DNA from: an uncultured Gemmatimonadales bacterium
Lineage (GTDB): Bacteria > Gemmatimonadota > Gemmatimonadetes > Longimicrobiales > RSA9
Assembly: GCA_963783305.1 (NCBI GenBank)
Contig: CAWAMW010000006.1
Span: 136,490-200,489 of the forward strand
Direction of reading: 5' to 3'
DNA length: 64,000 nt
Shown piece by piece: positions 43,186 through 53,499 of this stretch; the first letter of the stretch is position 1, and every line of letters starts with the position of its first letter. The notes below the pieces were generated by a model that saw nothing but the letters and a program-made list of their open reading frames with translations, was not told the DNA's origin and ran no database searches. The position numbers were made by a program, and so were the translations under genes.

Positions 43186-44325
43186 ATGAGAGCTGGAGCG
43201 GCAGTGGGGATACGTTTGAGGTGGTCGGCGGCGACGGGGGCGGTCGGCCGCACTGGGGCTCTGATCGCGTTGGCGGCCGTGGGGCTGGCGGCGGCGGCGT
43301 GCGAGGGCGGTGAGGCGGCGGAAGCGCAGCAGGGTGCGGGCGGCGGCCCGGGCGGCGGAACGGTGGCCGCGGTGGAGGTGGCCCCTGCGGAGCTCGGGTC
43401 GATCGCGCGGTCGGTGACGGTATCGGGCGTGATCGCGCCCATCCGGACGGTGGGGGTGAACAGCCAGCTTCCGGGCGCGCTGCTGTCGATCCACGCCGAG
43501 GAGGGCGACCGAGTGGCGGCCGGCGAGCCGCTGGCGCGCCTGGATGATCGGGAGATCCGGGCGCAGCTCACGGCGGCGGAGGCGGCGTTCGAGGTCGCCG
43601 ACGCGGCGTACCAGCGGGCCGTGCAGCTGCGGGACCAGCAGGTGATCACGCTCCCGGAGTTCGAGCGGGACCGCACTGCTCGGGCGGCGGCGAAGAGCCA
43701 GCTGGATCAGCTGCGGGCGCGGGCTGGCTACGCGGTCGTGGTGGCGCCGATCGACGGGGTCGTGACAGAGAAGCGCGTGGAGGCCGGGGACGTGGTGGGG
43801 AACCAGGCGCGGCTGTTCACGCTGGCCGATGTCTCCACGCTCGTGGTCCGGGTCGGTGTCTCCGAGCTGGATGTCGTGGAGCTCTCTCCCGGCGATCGCG
43901 TGGAGCTGGCGCTCGACGCATACCCCGGCCGTTCCTTCCCTGGCCACGTGCGGCGGATCTTCCCGAGCGGCGACCCCACCACACGGCTGGTGCCGGTAGA
44001 GGTCGCCCTGGACGTCACCGATGCGGCCGTGGCGCGTCCCGGGTTCCTGGCCCGCGCCACGTTCGCCCTGAGCACCCGGTCGGACGTGCTGCTGATCCCG
44101 GCGAGCGCCCTGGTGGCGGGAGCGGGTTCCGCGTCGGTGTTCGTGATCCAGGACGGGCGTGCGCTCCGGAGAACCGTGGTACCGGGTCTCACCTCCGAGG
44201 GTCGGATCGAGGTGGTGTCGGGGCTGGAGCCGGGTGAGCGGGTGGTGACGGCGGGCAGCAACGCGCTGCGCGACGGCATGGAGGTCCGGATCGTGAGGTC
44301 GGGCGCCGGCGAGGTGGAGGGATGA
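43186..44325 (+). CDS. RND efflux periplasmic adaptor (lipoprotein)
   Basis: AAAC lipobox, EGDRV, APIDGVV, GLEPGERVV; start uncertain. Confidence 0.9.
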   Translation: MRAGAAVGIRLRWSAATGAVGRTGALIALAAVGLAAAACEGGEAAEAQQGAGGGPGGGTVAAVEVAPAELGSIARSVTVSGVIAPIRTVGVNSQLPGALLSIHAEEGDRVAAGEPLARLDDREIRAQLTAAEAAFEVADAAYQRAVQLRDQQVITLPEFERDRTARAAAKSQLDQLRARAGYAVVVAPIDGVVTEKRVEAGDVVGNQARLFTLADVSTLVVRVGVSELDVVELSPGDRVELALDAYPGRSFPGHVRRIFPSGDPTTRLVPVEVALDVTDAAVARPGFLARATFALSTRSDVLLIPASALVAGAGSASVFVIQDGRALRRTVVPGLTSEGRIEVVSGLEPGERVVTAGSNALRDGMEVRIVRSGAGEVEG

Positions 44326-47300
44326 ATCGGGGCGCGCCGGAGCGGCGCGGGCTTCCGAGCCTGGCGATCCGGCGGCCGGTGGGGACCCTGACTCTCACGT
44401 CCGTGGTGGTGGTGCTCGGTGTCTTCTTCGCGTCGGGCCTTCCCCTCGATCTTCTGCCGAGCATCATCTATCCCCAGATCCGGGTGGGGGTCTCAGATCG
44501 GGGAGTTGAGCCGCAGGTGCTGGAGGAGACCGTGGCCAAGCCGCTGGAGGCGGCGCTCGCGACCACGGAGGACCTGGTGCGGCTGGAGACGGAGGTGCAG
44601 GAAGGGCGGGTGGGCGTCAACCTGCACTTCTCGTATGGCACCAATATCGATTTCGCCCTGCAGGATGCGGCGAAGAACCTGGAGCGGGCGCGGGGCGCGC
44701 TCCCGGAGGAAGCGGATCCGCCGACGATATTCAAGTTCGACCCGTCGCAGATGCCTGTGTACGAGGTGGCGTTCAGCTCCTCGACCCGCGACCTGATCTC
44801 GCTGCGGGACTGGGTGGAGTACCGGCTCCGTCCGCAGCTGCTGACGATCGAGGGAGTGGCGTCGGTGGACGTGGCGGGGGGTCTGGTCCGGGAGATCCAG
44901 GTGGTGCTGGACCAGGAGCGGCTGCGCTCGTACGGGCTCACCGTCTCGCAGGTGATCGAGGCGGTGCGCGCCGCGAACCAGGATGTAGCGGCGGGCCGGG
45001 TCGCTTCGCCGACCCGCGAAGTGGTGGGGAAGACGGCCGGGAAGTTCCGCAGCATCGATGACGTCCAGGCCGTCCTCCTCCAGATCCCCGGCGGCGGCCG
45101 GATCCCGCTCTCGGAGGTGGCGGACGTCCGGGACACCCATCGCGAGCAGCGGCTGTGGGCCCGGCTCGACGGCATCCCCGCCGTGAAGCTGTCGGTTCGG
45201 AAGCAGCCGAACGCGAACACGGTGGCGGTGGCCGACGGCGTGGACGCGCGGCTCGCCGCCCTCTCCTCGTCGTCTTTCGTCCCGCGGGACATTCGCTACA
45301 GCACGATCCAGAACCAGGCCACATTCATTCGGAACTCGGTCGCGTCCGTGCGGAACGCCGCTCTGGCGGGCGCGCTCCTGGCCATGCTGGTGGTGCTCCT
45401 CTTCCTGGGCTCGCTCCGGAAGACGTTCGTCATCGGGCTGGCCATTCCCATCGCGATCCTCGCGACCTTCATCATGATGGGGCTGGGTGGGCTCACGCTG
45501 AACATCCTGAGCCTGGGCGGACTCGCGCTCGGTGTGGGGCTGCTGATCGACAACTCTATCGTGATGCTGGAGAACATCTTCCGCCATCGGGAGGAGGGGA
45601 ACGAGGACCCGGAGCAGGCCGCCCACGATGGCGCGGCGGAGGTGACCAGCGCGGTGACGGCCTCGACGGCCACCAACCTGGCGGCGGTGATCCCGTTTCT
45701 CCTGATCAGCGGGCTGGCCGCGCTCATCTTTCGCGAGCTGATCCTGACCATCTCATTCGCGATCCTCGCATCGCTCACGGTGGCGCTCACGGTGGTGCCG
45801 ACGCTCTCGGCGCAGTTGGCAAAGGTGCGGTTCGAGAGCGGGATCCACGAGTGGCGCCCGCTGCGCGCGTTCGACCGGGGGGTGGTGTCCCTGAGGCGGC
45901 TCTATGGCCGGGTGGCGCCCACGGTGCTCCGGTGGCGCTGGGGCGTGATGGCGGCGGCGCTGAGCGCGCTGGTGCTCTCGTGGACGCTCACGCGCGGCCT
46001 CGGGAACGAGTTCCTGCCGCAGGTCGACGATGGCAACGTGGGCGTGTACCTGACGCTCCCGCCCGGCGCGAGCGCGGAGCAGACGAACCGCGTGGCGCTG
46101 GACGTGGAGGCGCTGGTGCGCGGAATGCCGGGGGTCCGCACGGTGTTCGCCACGGCGGGCGGCTTCATCTGGGGGGGCTCGACGAGCGAGCGGGCGGGTC
46201 GCGGATCGATGGACATCGTGCTGGAGTCCGGTGCGGAGCGCGGGATGAGCGCCGACGCCTGGGTCCAGGAGCTCCAGAGCAGGATCAACGAGCGCGGCTT
46301 TCCGGGAGCCCGGATCTTCGTTCGGCCGCCCCGGATCCGTGGTCTTCGGACGTCGGCGTCCGGGTCGGCCGTGGCGCTGAGCATCCAGGGCGATGACCTG
46401 GGCGAGCTCCAGCGTCTGGCGGATGAGGTGATGCGCAGGGTGGAAGGCGTGCCGGGGCTCGAGAATCTGGAGCCGTCGACGGACGAGGCGAGCCCGCAGC
46501 TGTCCATCGAGCTGGACCGGGAGCGCGCCGCCTACCTGGGGTTGAGTGTGGCCGCGGTCGGTCAGACGCTCCGCACCGCCCTGGATGGGACCGTAGCGAC
46601 CCGGTACACCTCCGGAAACCAGGAGTACGACCTGCGGGTCATGCTGCCGCGCGAGAGCTTCACCAGCCCGGAGGACCTGGGCTCGGTCGCTCTGTTCCCG
46701 GGGGGATCAGGCGGTGCGCCGATCTACCTGCGCGACGTGGCCGATGTGCGAAGCAGCCTCGGCCCCACGACCATCCTTCGGGAGAACCAGAACCGCGTGC
46801 TCCGCCTGACGGGGGACGTGGTGACGGAGGTCGCCACGGTGGGCGAGGTGAACGACGTGATCCGCGAGCGGCTTGCGGGACTGGTCCTGCCGGACGGATA
46901 CGGCATCGTGTTCGGGGGTGAGGAGGCAGCGATCCGGGAGAACAACCGGCAGCTGACGATCGTCGTGCTGATGGCGGTGTTCCTCGTGTTCGTGGTCATG
47001 GCGGTCCAGTACGAAAGTCTGATCAACCCTCTCGTCATCCTCCTGGCCATGCCGCTCTCGCTCGTGGGCGTGGGTCTGCTGCTGGCGCTGACCGGCACGC
47101 CCATGAGCGCGCCGGTCCTGCTCGGGGTGATCCTGCTGGCGGGGATCGTTGTCAACAACGCCATCCTGCTGGTGGAGTACGCGGAGCAGGGTCGGCTGCG
47201 GGGTCTGAGTCGGGAGCAGGCGGTGATGGAGGCCGGGACCGTGCGGCTTCGGCCGATCCTCATGACCACGCTCACCACCGGGTTCGGCATGCTCCCGCTG

Positions 47301-47537
47301 GCGCTGGGGATCGGCGAGGGATCGGAGCTGATGCAGCCGCTGGCCATCGCCGTGGTGGGAGGGCTGAGCGTGTCCACGCTCCTTACGCTGTTCGTGATCC
47401 CGAGCGCCTATGTGATCCTGAACGGCGCCGCGGAGCGGCTGGGCGAGTGGATGACCGGGGCGCGAAACGCGGGTGCGGAGCGAGGCGCGGCGGTCTCGGT
47501 CGAGGCGACGTCGGAGGTGGAGGCGGGAGTGCTCTGA
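44322..47537 (+). CDS. RND efflux permease (AcrB/MdtB-like)
   Basis: IDNSIVMLENI, VNNAILLVE, RLRPILMT. Confidence 0.95.
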   Translation: MNRGAPERRGLPSLAIRRPVGTLTLTSVVVVLGVFFASGLPLDLLPSIIYPQIRVGVSDRGVEPQVLEETVAKPLEAALATTEDLVRLETEVQEGRVGVNLHFSYGTNIDFALQDAAKNLERARGALPEEADPPTIFKFDPSQMPVYEVAFSSSTRDLISLRDWVEYRLRPQLLTIEGVASVDVAGGLVREIQVVLDQERLRSYGLTVSQVIEAVRAANQDVAAGRVASPTREVVGKTAGKFRSIDDVQAVLLQIPGGGRIPLSEVADVRDTHREQRLWARLDGIPAVKLSVRKQPNANTVAVADGVDARLAALSSSSFVPRDIRYSTIQNQATFIRNSVASVRNAALAGALLAMLVVLLFLGSLRKTFVIGLAIPIAILATFIMMGLGGLTLNILSLGGLALGVGLLIDNSIVMLENIFRHREEGNEDPEQAAHDGAAEVTSAVTASTATNLAAVIPFLLISGLAALIFRELILTISFAILASLTVALTVVPTLSAQLAKVRFESGIHEWRPLRAFDRGVVSLRRLYGRVAPTVLRWRWGVMAAALSALVLSWTLTRGLGNEFLPQVDDGNVGVYLTLPPGASAEQTNRVALDVEALVRGMPGVRTVFATAGGFIWGGSTSERAGRGSMDIVLESGAERGMSADAWVQELQSRINERGFPGARIFVRPPRIRGLRTSASGSAVALSIQGDDLGELQRLADEVMRRVEGVPGLENLEPSTDEASPQLSIELDRERAAYLGLSVAAVGQTLRTALDGTVATRYTSGNQEYDLRVMLPRESFTSPEDLGSVALFPGGSGGAPIYLRDVADVRSSLGPTTILRENQNRVLRLTGDVVTEVATVGEVNDVIRERLAGLVLPDGYGIVFGGEEAAIRENNRQLTIVVLMAVFLVFVVMAVQYESLINPLVILLAMPLSLVGVGLLLALTGTPMSAPVLLGVILLAGIVVNNAILLVEYAEQGRLRGLSREQAVMEAGTVRLRPILMTTLTTGFGMLPLALGIGEGSELMQPLAIAVVGGLSVSTLLTLFVIPSAYVILNGAAERLGEWMTGARNAGAERGAAVSVEATSEVEAGVL

Positions 47538-47596
47538 CCACGGGCGTCCGGGTGGGGTCGCCGCGGTGGGCGGTTTTTCCGGTTGGGGGTAGCAGG

Positions 47597-48250
47597 CTAC
47601 CGGACCAAGGCGGCGTCAGGCCCCTCTTCTATGGGTACCCAGACGGCGCTTTCGGTCGCTATGTAGAACGGATATGAGGTCTGAGATAGCTGTTCATCGC
47701 GTCTTGCTGAAACCTGTACGGCGACTGTCCCTGGGGGGACGATTGCGCTGCTCAAGATCATGGGGCTCGGCCACGGAGTCGAACGGGAGTCGACGCTGAT
47801 CAGTTGTTGACCACCTGAGTCGACCAGCACCACCCTCCAAGTGAGATACGGGTCGTTCGCGTCCCCACCATACACCACCGGAACCTCAAGATCGCCATTC
47901 TGGCGCCGAGTCGCGGCGCCGTTCCGAGTGACGAATGCAAGAGGAGCTATGACGGCGTCCTCGATCCAGATTTCCAGGTCAACACGTGGTTTCAGGGTGT
48001 CTACGACAGGTTCTATTCGGTACCACCACCGTCCGCCTTGGGTCTCTGCCTGCAGTTGAGTTTCTCCCACATATACGAGCGGAGGCCGCCCTGTCTCCGG
48101 TAAGCTCACTTCCAGAGAGGCTTCCAGGCCTGTTCCCTGCTCTATGCGAAGTCTGGCATACCCGAACTGGTCCTCCTGCACGGCGACGAAGTCAATGTCG
48201 CATCCAGCGAAAGCAACGATCGCAAGGATCATTAACGGCCGCAGTCTCAT
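47597..48250 (-). CDS. hypothetical lipoprotein
   Basis: FAGC lipobox; lower GC than flanking genes. Confidence 0.6.
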   Translation of the reverse strand: MRLRPLMILAIVAFAGCDIDFVAVQEDQFGYARLRIEQGTGLEASLEVSLPETGRPPLVYVGETQLQAETQGGRWWYRIEPVVDTLKPRVDLEIWIEDAVIAPLAFVTRNGAATRRQNGDLEVPVVYGGDANDPYLTWRVVLVDSGGQQLISVDSRSTPWPSPMILSSAIVPPGTVAVQVSARRDEQLSQTSYPFYIATESAVWVPIEEGPDAALVR

Positions 48251-49056
48251 CGGAACTCGAGCACCTGCGCCTCTCTTTCGTGAATGTCCCCCAGAAGCGG
48301 GGACGACAGAATCGGGAGGAGGTTCAGATCAACCGCGATTCCTCGTCCCGTGACCCAAGTCCAAGCCCATTGCTCAATCGGTCTGCTGAAGGTCTGAAGC
48401 AGGTAATCGTGCTGAATAATGTGGATGTTCTCATGACGCTGAATGACAACCCTATCAATATTCGTCGCTCCAAGAAGTATCACACCTCCGACCGCAACAC
48501 CGTCTGCGTGTCCTGACCCATTCACAATTTGGTGGTCCCGAGCCACAAAGACCGGGGATCCATTTGATAGTGACTGCTCAACGTCGAAGCTCAGTTCAGA
48601 CCTGGTGGCCGCCCAGATCACCGTTCCCACGTCCCGCAGGTTTACTCGTGCACGCAACCCTGCTTTCGGCCGCACTTGGACCCACGCTGGACCAACCGGC
48701 AGCCATACCTCGCTGAACAGGCCACGACCATTGCCTGCGTCCACGACCATGCTGGACCCGAGCCCCGCAACTTGCCGACCAAGAAGGCCGGCACCGCTGA
48801 ACCGCTCTACCGCCAGCCGCTTCCCGACGAATACCACGCTGCCGCCGGCAGCGCCCTTGAGGAAGGCTTCGGTCACGTCCTCACGCCGGACGAGCGCTGT
48901 GGCTGCTGCTGTCACGGCGCCAGCGACAATGTTGGCACCAGCCACCCCCACGTCTGCAACCCAGGTCGGCTGCTCATGGGTGTGGTCCTGTGCTTTGGCC
49001 TCAATTGGAGAGGCCAGTAGCGACACCATTGCGGGCACGTACAACAGCCGGATCAT
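48247..49056 (-). CDS. hypothetical exported protein
   Basis: Signal peptide (AKA-Q), HExxH (HENIH) near the C-terminus; coupled to the downstream gene; lower GC. Confidence 0.65.
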   Translation of the reverse strand: MIRLLYVPAMVSLLASPIEAKAQDHTHEQPTWVADVGVAGANIVAGAVTAAATALVRREDVTEAFLKGAAGGSVVFVGKRLAVERFSGAGLLGRQVAGLGSSMVVDAGNGRGLFSEVWLPVGPAWVQVRPKAGLRARVNLRDVGTVIWAATRSELSFDVEQSLSNGSPVFVARDHQIVNGSGHADGVAVGGVILLGATNIDRVVIQRHENIHIIQHDYLLQTFSRPIEQWAWTWVTGRGIAVDLNLLPILSSPLLGDIHEREAQVLEFR

Positions 49057-49159
49057 TCAGCTTCCCATTCCGCCACAGGTCAGGGGGGTGAGGGATACTT
49101 GCCGGGTCCTAGCCTGTGCGCCAGGGACGTCCCGCCCGGCGCCTCTGGAGACTCGGAGG

Positions 49160-49480
49160 TTTCCCGCGCTTCCGCGTGGTTCGTGAACCTCTACGGCGAT
49201 CCCGGTCAGAATCTCCTTGCCCTTCGCTCGCCCCCCTGAGAGCCGGCTCGAATCCACCAATGTACGTTTCGTCGACCTCTACTGTTCCGCACAGCAGCTC
49301 TCGACTCGGCCGCACAAGAACTGAACGGAAGCGGTTGAGCATGGCTCAGGCCGTTTGGTACGACCCAATCGCCGGTGGCGAAATGCCAAGCCGCAGCGAA
49401 CCAGACCGTCAACTGAGTTCGAGTTCGGTCGAAGATGGTGCCTGCCGTGACGGACCTTCGGAAGTCGCATGCGCGGCACC
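49160..49480 (-). pseudogene. IS1595-family transposase remnant
   Basis: Across frames: CRAC..SVTAGTIFDRTRTQLTVWFAAAW / MLNRFRSVLVRPSRELLCGTVEVDETYIGG / GRAKGKEILTGIAVE; frameshifted and truncated. Confidence 0.8.
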
Positions 49481-49606
49481 GCCGGCCCTCACCGAGTTGC
49501 CAGCGCGCGCAGGTCGCCTATCGACCGGGGATAGTGAATCCCTTCGCGGGGTGGAGCATGCCTTACCGCACGCATGGTCCTGTTAAATGGATACCCCGAT
49601 TTCCGG

Positions 49607-50209
49607 TTACGGAGACGGCACCGCGACGGGGTCGAAGGACTCGCCCGGGTCTGGCGGCCGGAACTCGAAGAAATCGAAGTACCGCTCCTTCTTCTCCCGC
49701 TGTTCCTCGAGCCAGGCGGTGAAGCCGGAGTCCACCAGGCCGCTGGACTGGTCGAGCTCGCGGGCGGCACGGGTGGCGAGGCTGTCGGCGTACTCGTTCT
49801 GGGCGTGGCCGGCGTGGCCGCGGACCCAGCGCCAGTCGACCTCGTGGCGCGCGGCCACGCGGAGCAGCTGCTGCCACAGCTCCGCGTTCTCGACGGGTCC
49901 TGCCCTGCGCTGCCAGCTTCGCCGGACCCAGCCGTGGATCCACTCGCGCATCCCCTTCACCAGGTACTGTGAGTCCGATGTGAAGACGACGCGACACGGC
50001 TGCCTGAGCGCTCGCAGCCCCTCTGTCGCGCTCCGGATCGCCATGCGGTTGTTCGTGGTGCCGGGCTCGCTGATCCAGTAGTCGCGCCGGACCCACGCCT
50101 CGTCCTTCCAGTATTCGACGAGACCCGCGGCGCCGCCGGGGGAATCTTTGTCCTTGAACTGCACGCCGAGGCACGACTCGTCGGCGTAGATATGGATCAT
50201 GGGCTTCAT
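49607..50209 (-). CDS. rnhA: ribonuclease HI
   Basis: YADESCLG, TTNNRM, DSQYL, WVRGHAGHAQNEYADSLA. Confidence 0.88.
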   Translation of the reverse strand: MKPMIHIYADESCLGVQFKDKDSPGGAAGLVEYWKDEAWVRRDYWISEPGTTNNRMAIRSATEGLRALRQPCRVVFTSDSQYLVKGMREWIHGWVRRSWQRRAGPVENAELWQQLLRVAARHEVDWRWVRGHAGHAQNEYADSLATRAARELDQSSGLVDSGFTAWLEEQREKKERYFDFFEFRPPDPGESFDPVAVPSP

Positions 50210-50283
50210 GGGGCCGGAAGGTAGGGGCGGCGGGCGGGAGCCGCCACCTCCCTGGGGGGCCGGGCGAGTGTGACTGGACCGCC

Positions 50284-51441
50284 GTGGGCCGAGGCACTAT
50301 CATCGCCCCCCATGTCCCCATCAGAGAGTCCCCCGGTTACCTGCTGCTCGAGGACGGTCGAACCTTCGACGGCACCATGGTGGGCGCCGACGGGATCGGC
50401 GTCGGCGAGGTGGTGTTCAACACGTCGATGACGGGATATCAGGAGATCCTGACGGACCCGTCCTACGCGGGCCAGATCGTCACCATGACGGCCACTCAGA
50501 TCGGCAATTACGGCGTGACGCCGGACGACGAGGAGTCGTCGCGGGCGCAGGTGGCGGGGTTCGTGATGCGGGAGATCTCGCCGGTGACCACCGGCTGGCG
50601 CGCGACGGAGTCGCTGCGGTCGTACCTGATCCGGAGCGGTGTGGTGGCCCTCTCGGAGGTGGACACGCGTGCGCTGACTCGCCACATCCGCTCGGCGGGC
50701 GCCATGCGGGCGGCCATGGGTGCGCGGACGGTGCCGGAGGAGGAGCTGCGTGAGCGTCTGGAGTCGCAGCCGTCGATGGCGGGCCTCGACCTGACGGGAC
50801 GGGTGTCCACCGAAGAGGCATACGAAACTGCGGCGGTGGGGGAGGAGCGGTTCCGGGTCGTGGCGTACGATTTCGGCATCAAAAGCCACTCTCCGCGTCT
50901 ACTGGCGGAGCGCGGCTGTCGGGTGCGGACGGTGCCGCGCGGAACCCGGGCGGAGGAGGTGCTGGACTCGGGGCTGGACGGGCTCTTCATCTCGAACGGC
51001 CCCGGCGACCCGGAAGCCGTGGCTCACGCGCTGGAAACGATCCGGGGCGCGGCCGAGCGCGGGATTCCGGTGTTCGGCATCTGCCTGGGCCACCAGCTCG
51101 TGGCGCGGGCGTTCGGCGGCAGGACCTACAAGCTGCTCTACGGCCATCGGGGCGGGAACCACCCGGTGCGACGGATGCGGGATGGCGCGGTGGAGATCAC
51201 GGCGCAGAACCACGGCTTTGCCGTGCGTGGGAGCGAGGGCGGCGATGGTATCGAGGGAGCGCCCTCGCTGCGACAGACGCACGTCAACCTGAACGACCGC
51301 ACCGTGGAGGGGCTGGAGCACCGGGAGCTGCCGATCTTCAGCGTCCAGTACCATCCGGAGGCGGCCCCGGGGCCGCACGACTCGCGATACCTCTTCGACC
51401 GTTTCGTGGCAGATATGGCGCAAGTGCGAGGCGATACTTGA
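50284..51441 (+). CDS. carA: carbamoyl-phosphate synthase small subunit
   Basis: GEVVFNTSMTGYQE, SNGPGDP, GICLGHQ, QNHGF, QYHPEA; start uncertain. Confidence 0.95.
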   Translation: MGRGTIIAPHVPIRESPGYLLLEDGRTFDGTMVGADGIGVGEVVFNTSMTGYQEILTDPSYAGQIVTMTATQIGNYGVTPDDEESSRAQVAGFVMREISPVTTGWRATESLRSYLIRSGVVALSEVDTRALTRHIRSAGAMRAAMGARTVPEEELRERLESQPSMAGLDLTGRVSTEEAYETAAVGEERFRVVAYDFGIKSHSPRLLAERGCRVRTVPRGTRAEEVLDSGLDGLFISNGPGDPEAVAHALETIRGAAERGIPVFGICLGHQLVARAFGGRTYKLLYGHRGGNHPVRRMRDGAVEITAQNHGFAVRGSEGGDGIEGAPSLRQTHVNLNDRTVEGLEHRELPIFSVQYHPEAAPGPHDSRYLFDRFVADMAQVRGDT

Positions 51442-51467
51442 CTTGCGTGACTTTGGGGTGGTAAGGT
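51438..51467 (+). promoter_or_regulatory. putative sigma70 promoter for sppA
   Basis: TTGACT-18nt-TAAGGT with TG extension. Confidence 0.5.
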
Positions 51468-51516
51468 AACCGACGCAGTCGACGTCACCTAACTACAGAC
51501 CCCACGGGGATTTGCC

Positions 51517-52428
51517 GTGTCTCGGCGCTCTCTCATCACCACGGCGGTCATCGCCGTGGTCTCCCTGATGACCCTCGCGGGCATCGTTCTGTCCATCCTG
51601 GTGGCGGGGGGCGGAGGCGTGGGGCTGGGCCTCGGAAGCCGGATCGCGGTGCTCGAGGTCGAGGGCGTAATCACCGATGATGGCGAGTTCCTGGAGCGCG
51701 TGCGCAGCTTCCGGCACGATCCGTCGATCAAGGGTTGGGTGGTCGCCATCAACTCGCCCGGGGGCGTGGTAGCGCCGTCGCAGAGCATGTACAACACGCT
51801 CCGTCGGATCCGCGCCGAGGACGGCGAGCCGGTCGTCGCGGTGATTGGGGCGGTGGGAGCGTCTGGCGGCTATTACGTCGCGCTCGGGGCCGACTCGATT
51901 CTGGCGATGCCCGGCAGCATCACGGGTTCCATCGGCGTCATCATGGAGTACCCCAACGTGCGGGAGCTCCTGGACAAGGTGGGCGTCGAGATGGAAGTGG
52001 TGAAGTCCGGGGCGCAGAAGGACCTCGGATCGCCGTTCCGCGACATGAGCCCGTCCGAGCGGGCGCTCCTGTCGGAGATGGTGGAGGACGTACACGCGCA
52101 GTTCGTGGAGGTGGTCGCGGATGCCCGCGGAATGCCGGCGGAGGAGGTTCTACCGCTGGCGGATGGCCGGATCTTCTCCGGCCGGCAGGCGCTGGCCGCG
52201 GGGTTGGTCGACCGTATGGGGAACGTGGAGGAGGGGATCGCGTTGGCCGGCCGCATGGCGGGGCTCGGCTCGGATCCGCGGACGGCCCGTCCAAGAGCGG
52301 AAGAGGTGCCGTGGCTCCTGGACGCTCTGTTCGGCCAGTCCACAGTGCTGATGGCCCGGCGGCTCGCCCGCACCGTAGCGGCACCGGTGGTCGGAGCGGG
52401 ACCTGTATTGAAATACATCGTTCGATAG
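51517..52428 (+). CDS. sppA: signal peptide peptidase SppA (short form)
   Basis: INSPGG, ASGGYY, TGSIGV, DGRIFSG. Confidence 0.92.
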   Translation: MSRRSLITTAVIAVVSLMTLAGIVLSILVAGGGGVGLGLGSRIAVLEVEGVITDDGEFLERVRSFRHDPSIKGWVVAINSPGGVVAPSQSMYNTLRRIRAEDGEPVVAVIGAVGASGGYYVALGADSILAMPGSITGSIGVIMEYPNVRELLDKVGVEMEVVKSGAQKDLGSPFRDMSPSERALLSEMVEDVHAQFVEVVADARGMPAEEVLPLADGRIFSGRQALAAGLVDRMGNVEEGIALAGRMAGLGSDPRTARPRAEEVPWLLDALFGQSTVLMARRLARTVAAPVVGAGPVLKYIVR

Positions 52429-52481
52429 GACCAGACGGGGAGCGATGGGGCTCCCATGGACCCTGAAGGGATGGAGACGAC

Positions 52482-52787
52482 ATGACGAAGGCGGATCTGG
52501 TAGAACAGGTGGCGGATGCGATCGGTCCCGGCATCACGAAGAAGGACTGCGCCCTCGTGGTGGACGGGCTGATCAACGCCGTCAAGGCGGCGCTGTCCGA
52601 TGGGGACAACATCGAGATCCGTGGCTTCGGCACGTTCAAGGTGCGGGAGCGGAAGGCGCGGGTAGCGAGGAACCCGCGGACGGGTGAGCGGGTGGAGGTC
52701 CCCTCACGCGTGGTGCCCGTGTTCAAGCCTTCGAAGGACCTCCGCGAGCAGGTGATGGAGAGCGACGAAGCGGTCGCCGCGGGCTGA
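52482..52787 (+). CDS. HU/IHF DNA-binding protein
   Basis: MTKADLV, IRGFGTF, RNPRTGE, FKPS. Confidence 0.93.
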   Translation: MTKADLVEQVADAIGPGITKKDCALVVDGLINAVKAALSDGDNIEIRGFGTFKVRERKARVARNPRTGERVEVPSRVVPVFKPSKDLREQVMESDEAVAAG

Positions 52788-52956
52788 CCGCCGCGCTCTC
52801 CGCCGGCTAGACCGAAAGAGCGAGGGCGCGCCGCGTCGCTCGAGAGGGGCTCCGCCCGGCACTCGCCGGACGGGGTCCCTTCTCGTTCATGCGGCCTCGT
52901 CGATTAACGAAACGGAGCCGGCAGCCGTCCAATCGGAAGTGAGGAGTCGATCGGCA

Positions 52957-53499
52957 GTGGCCACGAAAGTGGACGAGGATCGCGCTCTCGTGGAACGGGC
53001 GCTCGAAGGGGATCGGAGGGCGGCCGATGCGCTCGTCTCCCGACACCATCGGTCGGTGTACGCCGTCGCGCTGCGGGTGTTGGGCGACAGTGATGCCGCG
53101 GCGGACGCGGCGCAGGAGGCGTTCGTGAAGGCATTCGGGGCGCTCGACCGCTTCCGCGGCGAGGCCCGGTTCCGGACCTGGCTGCTGCGGATCGCCGCCA
53201 ACACCGCCACCAGCCATGCGCGGCAGGGCACCCGCCGACGCGAGGTGCCGCTGGACGCCCCGGCCGAGTGGCTCGAGAGCCCGGAGCGGCCAGACGAGGA
53301 CGCGATGGTGAGGACGGAGACCGAGCGAGTGGACGCGGCGCTGGCGCGGCTGCCTGAGAAACAGCGACTCGCGGTGACGCTCCGCCTGCACGAGGACATG
53401 AGCCACCGCGAAATCGCGGAGGTCCTCGACTCGTCGGAAGGGGCGGTGCGGGTGAACTACCACCTGGGGATCAAGCGCTTGAGGGAGTGGCTGACATGA
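52957..53499 (+). CDS. ECF RNA polymerase sigma factor
   Basis: DAAQEAF, FRTWLLRIAAN, region 4 EIAEVL...VRV; GAGGAG RBS. Confidence 0.9.
   Translation: MATKVDEDRALVERALEGDRRAADALVSRHHRSVYAVALRVLGDSDAAADAAQEAFVKAFGALDRFRGEARFRTWLLRIAANTATSHARQGTRRREVPLDAPAEWLESPERPDEDAMVRTETERVDAALARLPEKQRLAVTLRLHEDMSHREIAEVLDSSEGAVRVNYHLGIKRLREWLT

Noticed and set aside
38723..47537. Missing E3 (lpdA) and missing TolC-type channel; carA without carB at 50284
   Set aside because: These partners are commonly encoded elsewhere; this cannot be judged from one window.
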